Part shown: positions 1 through 13,998 of the stretch, piece after piece
Layout: the number at the start of each line of letters is the position of its first letter
Position numbering within the stretch: position 1 is the stretch's first letter
From: Octopus vulgaris
Taxonomy: Eukaryota
DNA length: 64,000 bases
Reading direction: 5' to 3'
NCBI GenBank assembly: GCA_951406725.2
Contig: OX597838.1
Span: 18,972,001-19,036,000, forward strand
The notes under the pieces: generated by a model
The model's input: only the letters and a program-made list of their open reading frames with translations
Told to the model about the DNA's origin: nothing
Databases searched by the model: none
Made by a program: the position numbers and the translations under genes

Positions 1-1879
1 ATCCAGCTGGAGAAACATTGCCAGATCAGACTGGGCCTGGTACAGCCTTCTGGCTTCCCAGACCCCAGTTGAACCGTCCTACCCATGCCAGCATGAAAAG
101 CGGATGCTAAACGATGATGATGATGATGGACAGACATTTCGAAGGTCAGGAGACTGGACACAGTTGATGATATCAACGCCAGTGCTTGACCGGTAATTAC
201 TTTATCCCAAAAAGATGAAATACAGGGTTAACCTTAGTGGGATAATAATTGTCATCCTGTTTGTTAAAGGCACAAGGACTGATATTTTGTGGGCAAGAGG
301 CTAATACATAACAGCGACCCTAGTGCTCAACTGGTACTTATTTTATTAACCCCCAAGAGGATAAAAGGTAAAATCAACCTCGGCTGAATCTGAACTCAGA
401 ACAGAAAGATGAAGAAACTGCATTTTGTCCGGTATTACTGTTTTACTTGTTTCAGTCATTTGACTGTGGCCATGCTGGAGCACTGCCTTTAGTCGAGCAA
501 AGGGACCCCAGGACTTATTCTTTGTAAGCCTTGTACTTATTCTATCGGCCTCTTTTGGGGAGGACAAACACATGCCAGACAGAATGCTTAGCAGTATTTT
601 GTTTGCCTTTACGTTCCGAGTTCAAATTCCACTGAGGTCGACTTTGCCTTTCATTGTTTTGGGGTCGATAAAGTATTGGCTCCGAAAGGATGAAAGGAAA
701 AGTTGACCTCGGTGGAATTCGAACTCAGAACGTAGCAACAGGCAAAATATCGCTAAACATTTCATCCAGCATCCTAACGAATCTGCCAGCTTACCGCTTT
801 AATAATAATAATGATAATAATAATAATAAATGCCCTGATGGAGTACCAGGCAGTGGGTCTCATGGCTTCTGATCTTAACTGATTGGAAGTGTTATCATGT
901 ACATTGTTTTGTCTTGGTATAAAAGATGGGCTACAGCAAATATTCTGCTCAATACCACAGATTTGCTTGTCAGTTGTTTGACCATAACCAGTTGAGTATG
1001 TCCCTTAGAGGCTGACGATATGTGCATCTCTGATCATGAGCAGAAGTAGTGGGGAGCATTATAGCCGTGTCTTGAGAGAGATTCTTTGGGGTTTGAATAA
1101 CTCACCTCTGGAAACATGGGTGTTTCGTTCAACATCCTTAAACAACCCTTATTCAGGGACCTTTTGAGCAGGATGAGTTACTCGACCTGAAGAAAATTCT
1201 AACTGGGCCCCACCAGCAAGGTCATGTGCTCTTTATCTTGATATAAGATCACCATGTCACGCTCATATGACTGTGATGCATGTGCCTGGTGTACCCTTAT
1301 CAGACGGGTAGTCATGATGGGTATACTGGGCTTCGTATATTTTACCCCAGTGTTACTTCGATAGCATGCACTGCTCTCTCACTCAATAATAATAATAAAA
1401 TGATAATAATAATAATAATAATAATTATGATAATAATAATCTTGAATTACCATCATTGCTGTACGTGGATAGTTGAACTGTGAAATTGATGGTAGACAAA
1501 TGTCCAAAAAACACAGAAAGACTGCTCTCGCCACAATGATTAAGATAATCTGCAAATATAAATTGAGAAAAACAGATTAATAAACAACAGTGAATTATAT
1601 AATGTTGATAATAAACAGGCATTATCATTACATGATTGGTAATTAACTAAGGGCAGTAAATTTATGTCCCCAAGGTCCAGTTTTTGTTGTGGTATAGTGT
1701 CTTGTGTACCTCAATGACCCTCAGGAGCGATACTAACAGAACACAAGATCCTTATAGGACCTCACATGCCGGACAGGTTGACTGATGGACAGAGGTTAGA
1801 CAAATATGGACCACTTCTTCCCAGAGGTAATAATAGGTTTCCACAGAGCCAACATTCTTCCTACCAAAGCAAAGTTAAA

Positions 1880-2150
1880 AAAAGGAAAATGCTGATGACA
1901 ACTGAAAACCGACAAGACTGGGGAGAGAAGATCCTTCCCTCAAGGAACATGTCAGGCCATGACCTGGAACCCACAAGGGAGGCAGAAGAGCGGATGCCCT
2001 AAAAATAGCTGGAGAAAGGATACTGAAGCAGAACTGAAAAAGCATGGGTCGACTTGGAGAGAAATTAAAAAAGGACAGCCCAGAGTCAAGAAAAGTGGAG
2101 AAAAGTTGTTGATGGCCTGTACTCCACAAGGAGCAAAGGGCATAAGTAAA
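1880..2150 (+). mobile_element. RTE-like LINE 3' fragment
   Basis: WNPQGRQKSGCPKNSWRKDTEAELKKHGSTWREI resembles the RTE ORF2 C-terminus. Confidence 0.6.
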
Positions 2151-2359
2151 TAGTAAAATAACTATACCAGGCCCCTATCAGTGAAGTGAATGCGCATGGG
2201 TCAGTGATTAGCTAGTACAGTTTATAAGCCCAATACAGTAGAATCAACAAAAAAAAGTATGCCATCCAGTGAGAGATAAATATCAATTATAAAAACACAA
2301 ACAAAAGAGCTTAGGCATATTTATAAAATATATAATATGTATCAAGCCAGTTTATTTAC

Positions 2360-2457
2360 CTTTAATCACTGCTCCTTTATCTTCATCAGCAAATGTTGTA
2401 TTGAACCAAACACAATATTTTGAGTTCTGTTTACTGCTTCCGAGTTTTGTCACAATC
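2360..2457 (-). CDS. CEP192: CEP192-like coding exon 25 (…FNTTFADED…)
   Basis: tag/gtaaa, 98 nt, phase 2-1; no further exon recognised before window edge. Confidence 0.75.
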
Positions 2458-2853
2458 CTAACAAGACAAAATAGACATAAGTACAGACTACTGACAGAAA
2501 CTTTACAAACCTATATCCATATATATACATACATACATACATATATATCACGTGATCAAGTGACCGATCAGGCTATCAGATGTTGCTACACATCGCTGGC
2601 CACAATGCGCTTCGCATTGTTTTAGCCTTCAAATGACGCCACCCCACTGGCTAAGCAAGCAGGCCAACAGAAGAAAGAGTGAGAAAGTCGTGGTGAACGA
2701 GTACAGCAGGGATCGCCACCACCCCCTGCCGGAGCCTCGTGGAACTTTAGGGGTTTTCGCTCAATAAACACTCACAACGCCCGGTCTGGGAATCGAAACC
2801 GCAATCCTACGACCGCGAGTCCGCTGCCCTAACCACTGGGCCATTGCGCCTCT

Positions 2854-2892
<39 letters not shown>

Positions 2893-2917
2893 CACATACA
2901 TATATACATATACACAT

Positions 2918-2951
<34 letters not shown>

Positions 2952-3347
2952 ACACACACACACATCTATAATGTATGTAGCTAACCCCAAAACCAAACTC
3001 TCTGAGACTCACCAATCATACATTCCCCCCATGCCAACATCATTGAGATTGTCACAAGACTTACAATTCTACAGAAAAACCAAGAAAATGTGCAACGGAA
3101 ATTTAGAGGATGCATTGCAAGCAAGTGTTGTCAAGTGCGTCACACAATTAACTTTGAAACAGTAACAAGAGACGAGTGGGTATTGAATTGAGGTAGGATG
3201 TCTCACCGTTTCATCTGTTGCCGAGCGACTTCGTCACCATGGTAGATAGAGACGTAGAGAGGTAAACATGATAAGGCTGCCTGGTCACATGTCAAAGTTA
3301 CATCCTAGAGCAAAATAGAGGAAATAAATAAATAAATAAATAAATAA

Positions 3348-3378
<31 letters not shown>

Positions 3379-3590
3379 TTCTCTTTCCTCTTACTTGTTT
3401 CAGTCATTTGACTGCGGCCATGATGGAGCACCGCCTTCAGTCAAGCAAATCAATCCCAGGACTTATTCTTTGGAAGCCTAGGACTTATTCAATCGGTCTC
3501 TTCTGCCGAACCGCTAAGTTACGGGGACGTAAACACACCAGCATCGGTTGTCAAACGATGGTGGGGGGACAAACACAGACACACAAACAT

Positions 3591-3638
<48 letters not shown>

Positions 3639-6600
3639 CAAACGATGGTGGGGGGACAAACAGACACACACACACATATATATATCTATATATGACGGGT
3701 TTCTTTCAGTTTCCATCTACCAAATCCACTCACAAGGCTTTGGTCAGCCTGAGGCTATAGAAGAAGACACTTGCCCAAGGTGACACGCAGTGGGAATGAA
3801 CCCGGAACCATGTGGTTGATAAGCAAGCTACTTACCACACAGCCACTCCTGCGCTATATATACATATATATACACACAGATATATATATATATGTACATG
3901 CACACACATACCAACACACAGATATATACACACAGACACACACACACAAAACAAAAAGGTAAGTTCCAAGCCAAATAGACTAATAGAGCCAGTTTCCAGG
4001 TTTCTAGGGCATATATGTTCTCCACCTGGACGGGTAACTGGTCCATTGCAGGATTTCTCATTTTTGCCAGCTGAGTGGACTGGAGCAATGTGAAATGAAG
4101 GGTTTTGCTCAAGGACACAAAGCGTTGCCTGGTCCAGGAATCGAAACCACAATCTTGTGGTCATGAATCCGATAACCTAACCACTAGGCCACACACATAT
4201 ATACATGCACACACGTGCGTGCACACACTACATACATACACATCAATACAAAAACGAGATCCAAACTCACTGAAAGGTGGTGCTCCAGCATGGCCTCAAT
4301 GTTTGGCTGAAACCAGTAATAAAAATACACACACAACATATAAACAAAACAGAGTTGGTGCACATTGACGGTTGAAACCACAAGAGCCACCATCATTCAT
4401 AACCCCACTAACACAACATCCACCATCAATCACGACGACAACCACAATAATTCATACAAATGATTAAATTTGTAAATCTATCCAACCCCTGCAAGTATTG
4501 ATAAATCAATATAAACAAAATAACGACGACGACAGTGATGACAACAATAATGATGACGTACCTGTTTTCCATTGGGCTTCAGAATACCATTTTCGGGTTT
4601 GACAGAAATATTTCCAGTTTCAACAAGAGCTTTTTCCTCAGCATCTAAAAGCAGACAAAACACAAACCTAAACTACAACGAATGAATACACATACAACAT
4701 ACAACATACATCTTATATCGATCATCTTCCACTTTGTAAATTATGAATTTCTCTTGCTGCCAAGACTTACTAAAGAACGACAAAAATATTTAATTCTTTT
4801 TCACACAAGGCTTTCTCACTAATTCTTAGACTGGTTCCTTTATCTTTTACACCTTCTCCTCAACTTACGACTGTCCACACTTATAATCACAAAAAAAATA
4901 AGGAAATGAAAAAATAAATGAATAAAATTAAAAAATCAATTTTTGGACGTTGGGCAGCTGCACATACGATAACTATGGCAGCATCTGGCAATGCAGGCCC
5001 CCTTCCCTCAGGCCCAGACATTCACTGCCTGCCACTGTCTCTCACTCAGTCACTTTCAAACATCAGCTGTGTTTGAAGGAAAATAATGTTGGAAAATCTA
5101 AATCCGACAAAAGACCAGATTGACTTACGACCTGTCAGTCGGAACAGAACTCAGGCGTAAATCAAGGAGAATGTGTACTTGTTTCTGTCATTGGACTGTG
5201 GCCATGTTGGGACATTACCTTGAAGGATTTTTTTTAGTCGAATACATCGACACCGCCCCCCCAGTACTTGTTTCTTTTAAAGACTGGTACTTATTCAATC
5301 AGTCCCTTTTGCCAAACCACTAAGTTATGGGGACATACCAACACCAGTTGTCAAGCAGTGACAGGGGACAAACACAGATACAAAGACACACAATGGGCTT
5401 CTTTCAGTTTCCATCAACCAGATTCACTCACAAGGCCCAAGGCTATAGTAGAAGGCACTTGTTCAAGCACCTTGAACAATATGTGGAGGGAGTGAGAATA
5501 AAAAAAAATCTCTTACTTGAAAAACATGTAGGGGTTGACAAGAGCATCAACCAAAATAATCTTACCTCAAATAAGTTCCTTTCCAACTGCTGCTAGCATG
5601 GGGAAAGGGACGATAAACAATGAACAACAAAAACGAATTGATGAATATAAATACATTCAATTTGCCACTTACCATGGAAGACTTTGACACAGAAGAAACC
5701 ATCACGGAAGCCAACGTTCTGAATAGTAAAAGTCTTTTGTACAAAGGGTGCTGTTGCTTGTTCCAGCTCCAGGATACCAGAACAGGGTTCTACAAGCCGT
5801 ATATCACTTTTGGCACCGTATCCAAACAAAGGTATCTAAAAGTGAGAGAAAGAGAAGAAAAATAATATATAAATGTGTGTGTGTCTCTCTCTCACACACA
5901 AGATAATGATAATAAAGTAAAACTAAATATTGGTATTCCGAGTGCATTTAATACCTGTGTTTCAGATCATTATGTAGGAGAGAAAAAGGAATTTGTTTTT
6001 TTACATATCTTCAGTTGAGACATTTCAAAATATAAATGGTACAGTAGAAATCAGCCTTTATGTAGTTTTGGCTGATAGAACCTGCTGCCTACCAGAAGAA
6101 GAGGTAATATAGCTAGAAGGTAAAGGGTAAAGAGAGAGAGAGAGTGCTTCAGTTATTGTATTATATATTAATATACGCAATACTTACAATAAGTTTGCAT
6201 GAATTGCCAGAAGACACGTAAATGTTAATCTTGCCATGGACATAACACGGCTGCGTTGGGGAGAAGACAACAGTGATCGGGTAGATTTCATTGGGTGGAA
6301 TCACAATACTCTTTGACTCTGACAATAAGGTGTGGGATTTCATTACACAAAACTGAAAAAAAATAAAGTAAACAAAACACATTTTCATTATTTTCATTCT
6401 AAATCCAATTCAAAGGATTGCATTTTTTTTCTTTCATATTGTTTAAACAAAAGACCCTTGATACACAACTTTACAAGAGGTCTTTGGTATGTAACTTAAA
6501 AGCCTTTGGACACTACATTTGACGATTATTTGTCCTCATCTTGTTTGTTGTTAATACATTTCGGCTGATATACTCTCCAGCCTTCATCAGGTGTCTTGGG

Positions 6601-8191
6601 CAAATTTCAAACCTGGGTTCTCATTCCTAAGATATTTTTCAATGTTATTATTATTATTATTATTATTATTCAAGTCACTGCCTGGAATCGAACTCGGAAT
6701 CTTGGGACTAGCAGCCCACGCTCTTAACCACTACGCCATATGCCCATGGGCATAGTGGTTAAGAGTGTGGGCTACTAACCCCAAGATTCTGAGCTCGATT
6801 CCAGGCAGTAACTTGAACAATAATAATAATAATATCAAAAAAATACATTAAGAATGAGAACCCAGGTTCGAAATTTCCCCAAGACACCACCTGATGAAGG
6901 CTGGAGGGTATATCAGCCGAAATGTTAACAACAAACAAGATGAGGACAAATATCCGTCAAATGTAAATAATGTACATAATTCCTCGTCTCTTAAATATAG
7001 AACTGAAAAAGCCTTTGGTACACAACCTAAGTTCTTGGCATAATGTTTCTATGTACTGAAAGTTTGTCTTATCAATTAAATAATGAAAGTTTGTCTTATT
7101 AATGAAATAATGAAATTTTGGCTAAATTTTGAATTTTAACCCTTTCGCATTTATTCCGGCCATATCCAGCCCCTCACACCTACCCTACAATGTCATTCTA
7201 AAAATATAAACACATTATTGAAACACACCAGCATCGGTTGTCAAGCGATGTTGGGGGGACAAACACAGACACACAAACACACACATATATATACATATAT
7301 ACGACAGGCTTCTTTCAGTTTCCGTCTACCAAATCCACTCACAAGGCATTGGTCGGCCCGGGGCTATAGCAGAAGACACTTGCCCAAGATGCCACGCAGT
7401 GGGACTGAACCCGCAACCATGTGGTTGGTTAGCAAGCTACTTACCACACAGCCACTCCTGCGCCAAAATAAATGACACTCCTATGACAAAAAAAATCTTA
7501 CCTTGAATGAATTCAGATCAGAGTTGATATATAATTTCAGCCTGGCAGTTACATTGGAGCCATTTTTTAAATTCAAAGAAATTTCCCTGGAAAAATAAAG
7601 AAATATGGAACATCACCTTCTGGATAAGAATCTTAGAATTAACTCTTTAAAAACACAAATAGGACCAAAATACATTATCAATGAGCTTATACATGGTCAC
7701 CAGTTCTGCTAAGGATAGAAGACAATTTTCACTCAAATCACACCATATTATCTTAACTCTTTAGTATTCGGATTACTGTCAAATGTAATATTTATTCATT
7801 CAAATTAATATAAGTTACGGGGATGTAAACACACCAACATTGGTTGTCAAGCGATGTTGGGGGGACAAACACAGACACACAAACACACACACACATATAT
7901 ATCATCATCATTTAACGTCCATTTATCGTGCTAGCACGGGTTGGGCGGTTTGACCGGGGTCTGGGAAGCCAGAAGGCTGAACCAGGCACACACATATACA
8001 TGACAGCTTCTTTTCAGTTTCTGTCTACCAAATCCACTCACAAGGCTTTGGTTGGCCCGAGGCTATAGTAGAAGACACTTGCCCAAGGTGCCACACAGTG
8101 GGACTGAACCCGGAACCATGTGGTTCGTAAGCAAGCTACTTAGGTTACACTATCCAGCTTGCTAACAACTCTGCCAGCTTGCCACCTAATA

Positions 8192-8222
<31 letters not shown>

Positions 8223-8272
8223 AAATAGTAATAATAATAATAATAGTAGTAATAACAATAATAATAATAGTA

Positions 8273-8308
<36 letters not shown>

Positions 8309-11300
8309 GTAAACATTTCCTTACTTTTTGTTTCCCAGTGCCACTCCACCAAAGTTGAGATCTGAGGCATTTGAAACAATCTTTGGTTTTAACTGAGAAC
8401 TTGTCACTACTTCTCCTTGGATTGGAACTCCATAAGCTGGTCCTGATGGCAGTAAATAGATGACCAGTTCCCTGTGGGACGACATAGACAACAAGACATA
8501 CATGAATGTAAAAGTTATGGTATACGTTGATTAAAGAGGAAGGAGGTGAACCAAAGCAAAGTAAGTGATGGGTAGCAATGATAATAAATAGATGGTAAAT
8601 CAGTCTGTGTTTGTGGTGTTGTTAGCTAACTCCTCCTACATTGTTTTATTGATTTTGATGAAACTTGACATGCAAGTAGAACTCATGTCTGGAAACCTTA
8701 TGACATACTTAGATTGTTGAAAAAAAAAAAATCAATAATATGGCCCCTGGAAGGGATCTTTATATTTCCTCATATAACTAATTTTTTTTTAAACACCCAA
8801 GGGAAATAACCCATAACATCTGCCTAATATTTGTTTTGAAACACTCAAGGGAAATAATCCATTTCATTATGTTCGATTACTTTGAATATTGAATTTTTTT
8901 GTGCATCCAATTTCTAATTTTTGCAGCAAAAAAGGGAGAAAGAAAAAGAGTGGAAGGAAAGAATGAGTGGAAGGAGAAAACAAAGAAATGGAAAGAGAGA
9001 GAAAGAGGTAGGTAGGTGTATAGGTGTTAGGGAGAGATAATAGTAGAGATAGAGCTCTTTCCTTCAGAATAAGGAAAAGAATGAGGTGGTGGTGGAGAAA
9101 AACAAAATAAAAAACAAAAACTCAATATATAGAGAATGGGGAAAAATGTTACTCACATGTTGTAAAACTGGACAGATTCATCGATCGGGTGAAAGGTAAC
9201 ATCAACACTGGCCACTTGACCAACCGAGATGCTTTTCTGATTGCTGTCCAAGCTGAACACGTTTTCACTGTTGTTGATGTACAGCATCACGTTGAAATCA
9301 AAGGTGCCGGAATTTAAAAGGGTCACTTTGTGTGTGTGGGGCTTCATTAAGGAAGTCTCCATTTTAATTAACTGTGGAATTAAATAATAATAATAATTAT
9401 AATAATTATAATTTAATTCTTTATTGCCCACAAGGAGCTAAACATAGAGGAGACAAATCAAACAAGGACAGACAAAGGGACTAAGTCGATTACATTGACC
9501 CAGGCGAGCTGGCAGAAACGTTAGCACGCCGGGGCGAAATGCGTAGCCGTATTTCGTCTGCCGTACGTTCTGAGTTCAAATTCCGCCAAGGTCGACTTTG
9601 CTTTTCATCCTTTCGGGGTCGATAAATTAAGTACCAGTTTCGCACTGGGGTCGAATGTAATCGACTTAATCCGTTTATCTGTCCTTGTTTGTCCACTCTG
9701 TGTTTAGCCCCTTGTGGGTAGTAAAGAAATAGGTACTCATTTAATCGACCCCGAAAGGATGAAAGGCAAAGTTAACCTCGGTGGAATTTGAACTCAGAAC
9801 ATGATGTATTATGTCAGCATAAATGCATTGGTTACAACTGGAGGGCCTTTGGTCCCAACTGGGTTAAATTGGAGCCGACTTGGAACTAAACAAAAACAAT
9901 ATTATACTTACATCGACTCCGTTGATGATCTGTAAGTTGTAGATGCCAGCAATAACACTGAGGTGAATAACAGCCAAGGGTGGCAGAGAATTGGGTACAT
10001 CCAACTGTATTTCAACAAGTCCGACAAGGGAGGCAGACTTAGTGTTATCTATAGGAGGGAAGAGAATGGAAGGGAAAACATTGTAGGAACATCAGTTAGG
10101 GAGGGAGAGAGAGTGTGAGTGAGTGAGTGAGAGAGAGAGTGAGAGAGAGGGAGCAAGAGGGTGAGAGAGTGTGTGTGAGTGAGAGAGAGTGAGAGACGGG
10201 AGCAAGAAAGAGAGCAGGAGAGAGAGAGAGGGAGCAAGAGGGAGAGAGTGTGTGTGTGAGTGTGTGTTTTCATGTGTGTGTATTTGCATGTGTATGCTTG
10301 CATGTGTATGCTTGCATGTGTGTATGTGTGTGTTTGCATGTGTGTATATGTGTGTGTGTGTGTGTGCGTGATTGCATGTGTGTGTGCGTGATTGCATGTG
10401 TGTGTACGTTTGCATGTGTGCTTACACATGTATGTGTGTGCTCACATGTGTGTGTGTGTGTGTGTGTGTGTGTTGCTTGCACGTGTATGTCCGTGCTTGC
10501 ATGTATATGTGCATGTTTGCACATGTGTGCATTTGCATATGTGCTTGCACGTGTGTATGTGCATGCTTGTGTGTATGTGCATGCTTGTGTGTATGTGCAT
10601 GCTTGTGTGTATGTGTGTGCACGCATGTATGTATGTGTGTGTGTGTATGAATGTCATTTCAACAGTTACTTTTCAATGCCCGCATGCATCAATGGAATTT
10701 ATGCCCTCATCATTTAACATCCCTTTCCCCATTGCTGTTTTGGGTTGCACAGTTGGACACAGAGTTACAAATCAGAAGACAGCAACAAAGCTCCGATGTC
10801 TTCTTTGGTACAGATGCCCTTCCTAATGCCAACAACTTCAAAGAGTGTACTGGGTGCCCTTTATATGGCACCAGCACTGGTGAGGTCAACTTGTACATCT
10901 GTACTTCTGACTGCATACAAGCACATATGTAAAACAACATCCTTTATCATTATCTGCTGATATCAAAATAAGTAGTACATTGAAAACTAAAAATATTTTC
11001 GGGGAGTGGGGTCGATTTGACATATTAAAAAATATCCAAGGATCAAAAGGGGCCCTTTGGCCAAAATGGGTTGAGAACCTTTGTTTTAAACAATTACTCA
11101 GAAGTCATTCTAATGAATATATCTGGGTTTTGAAAGTAAGCTCTACATATAATTTTTGTACATATTAAAAAAATATCCAAGGATCAAAAGGGGCCCTTTG
11201 GCCAAAATGGGTTGAGAACCTTTGTTTTAAACAATTACTCAGAAGTCATTCTGATGAGCATGTCCCTTAGTGGCTGACGATATGTGCATCTCTGATCACG

Positions 11301-11653
11301 AGCAGAAGTAGTGGGGGAGCATCATAGCCATGGGTTTTGAAAGTAAGCTCTACATATAACCTTTGAACGAAGATCTAGTTTCAGGTACAAATTAAAGAGA
11401 AATTCCACCAGAGAGTCAAATGATCACAATTAGAAACAGTAATAAAACGGTAAGACACTCACCTTTGAGGGCAGAGTTCTTGGCAAGGTCACAAAATACT
11501 TGAAGGCTCAACATATTAAGCATACAGCCAGCCTGAGAGCCAGGAAGGGCCAGACTACATATAGTTTTGTTGCTCACTGCATAGTTGCATTCTTCTCTCA
11601 CGTTCTCCTCTACAGAATAATGATCCCAACGAAACACACCTTGAGACTGAAAA

Positions 11654-11688
<35 letters not shown>

Positions 11689-13964
11689 AATGATAATGAT
11701 AATAATAATAATCATAATAATAATAATGATGATGATGATGATAATAGTAATAATAATAATAATGATAATGATAATAATAATATTTCAACTAGTAAATATC
11801 TAAAACACAATGAAAGTAAACTTACCGATATAACCAATCTAAGAGGTAGTTTGGCATTGCTCTTATTGGCCAACCTCACTGGTAAACTCTTACTTGTGCC
11901 CCAACTCTGCTTACCAAATTCCAAAGACTTTGGTTCAATCTGAAAAATGATTTTGATAATAATAATGATGATGATGATGATAATAATGATGATGACAATA
12001 ATAATAATAATAATAATACTTTCTAAAATAGGCACAAGGCCTGAAATTTTGGGTAGTGGGGAAAGTCAATTACATGAACCCCAGTGTTCAACCGTTACTA
12101 CTTTTATCGACCGTGAAAGGATGAAAGGCAAAGTCAACCCCACGTGGAATTTGAACTCAGGACGTGCAGATAGACAAAGCGCAGCTTAGCATTTTGCCTG
12201 GTGCACAAACAATTCTGCCAGCTCGCTACCTTAATTTAATAATAATGCTTTCAAATTTTGCCACAAGGGCAACAATTTGGGGGTGGGTTAAGTCGACTAC
12301 ATCGACCCCCCCAGTATTCAACTGGTACTTATTTTATTGACCCGGAAAGGATGAAAAGCAAAGATGACCTCGGCGGAATTTGAACTCAGAACATAAAGAC
12401 TGACGAAATGCCATTCGAATACACCGACCCCAGTGTTTCACTGGTACTTAATTTATCAACCCCGAAAGGATGAAAGGCAAAGTCGACCCCAACAGAATTT
12501 GAACTCAGAACGTAAGGACAGATGAGATGCCTCAAAGCATTTTGCCAGGCGTGCTAATAATTCTGCCAGCTCACCACAATAATAAGTCTGGTGCAACTCT
12601 CCAGCTTACCAGCACCCGTTAAACTGTCTAACCGATGCCAGTGTGGGAAATAGATGTTAAATGACGATGACGACAATGACAATGATGACGACGACAACAA
12701 TGATGTCGACAATGACGATGACGTTGACAATATAACAACGTCGATAACAATGAGGATGACAACGACGACTTTGACAACAATAATGACGACGATGACGACA
12801 ATGACAATGAAGATGACAATGATGAGGATCATGATGATTATGACAACGATAATGATGACAATGATAACAACGACAATGACAACAACAATGATGACAGAAT
12901 ATACATGGATTGTAACCGCCATGAAAAGCTGGACATCTGGACATGATGGAAGAAGATACACACACAAGTAAAATATTCTGTCATTGAAGAAAAAGGAAGA
13001 CTGGCAAACGAAGTGTTACACATCCCAAGACTTGGTTCAGAAGTCAATAAGAAAAAAAAATCAACTTACATGCAATCTGGGAGAGTCCGCAACAGCAACC
13101 AGCTTTACAAAGTGCGCTAAGGGCACGGCTGTCTCATTCTTATGTTTACTTGATGCAGTTTGCGTGAAGGATTCCACTTTGACTTTAGCGATGTAGGAAC
13201 CAGGTTCTTGTGGGAAAAAGATTACCTGAAATTGCAAAGAAAATATTGAGGAAAACCCGAGTAATTAAATATAGGTTCCATATTTTGGCACAAAGACAGC
13301 AAGTTTGAGAGAGGGGGTAAGTTGATCACATCGACCCCAGTGTTCAACTGGTACTTTGTTTTATCGACCCTGAAAGGACGAAAGGCAAAGGCGACCTCGG
13401 TGGAATTTGAACTCAGAACCAAACATTTTTGGCCTGGTATGCTAATGATTCTGCTAGCTCGTTACCTTCAGATAATTTAATATTATTAAGGCAGTGAGCT
13501 GGCAGGATCGTTAGCACGCCGGGCAAAATGCTTAGCAGTATTTCTTTACATTCTGAGTTCAAACACCGCTGAGGTCGACTTTGCCTTTCATCCTTTCGGG
13601 GTCAATAAATTAAGTACCAGCTGTGTACTGGGGTTGATCTAATGAACTGGCCCCCTCTCCCAAAATTTTGGGCCTTGTGCCTAAAGTAGAAGAGAATCCT
13701 CAACACACTGGATAAAATGCTTAGCGGTATTTTGTCTGCAGTATTTCATTACAAACACATATATTCTTTGCTTTTTATTTTTTATTTGTTTCAGTCATTT
13801 GACTGCAGCCATGCTGGAGCACTGCCTGTAGTCGAACAAATCAACCCCGGGACTTATTCTTTGTAAGCCTAGTACTTATTTTATCGGTCTCTTTTTGCTA
13901 AACTGCTAAGTTACGGGGATGTAAACACACCAATATCAGTTGTCAAGCGATGGTAGGGGGACAG

Positions 13965-13998
<34 letters not shown>

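Noticed and set aside
6750-6812. tRNA-Ser(ACT)-like gene inside the palindromic element
   Set aside because: Acceptor and T stems do not pair; it is a SINE-type Pol III head, not a tRNA.
7218-7475. Recurrent ORFs 'RQASFSFRLPNPLTR…TMWLVSKLL' resembling a gene family
   Set aside because: Antisense reading of the abundant SINE.
10049-10826. Overlapping 100-155 aa His/Thr- or Cys/Val-rich ORFs (also 42663-43331, 52247-52903, 60226-60737)
   Set aside because: Translations of (CA)n/(TG)n/(TA)n microsatellites.
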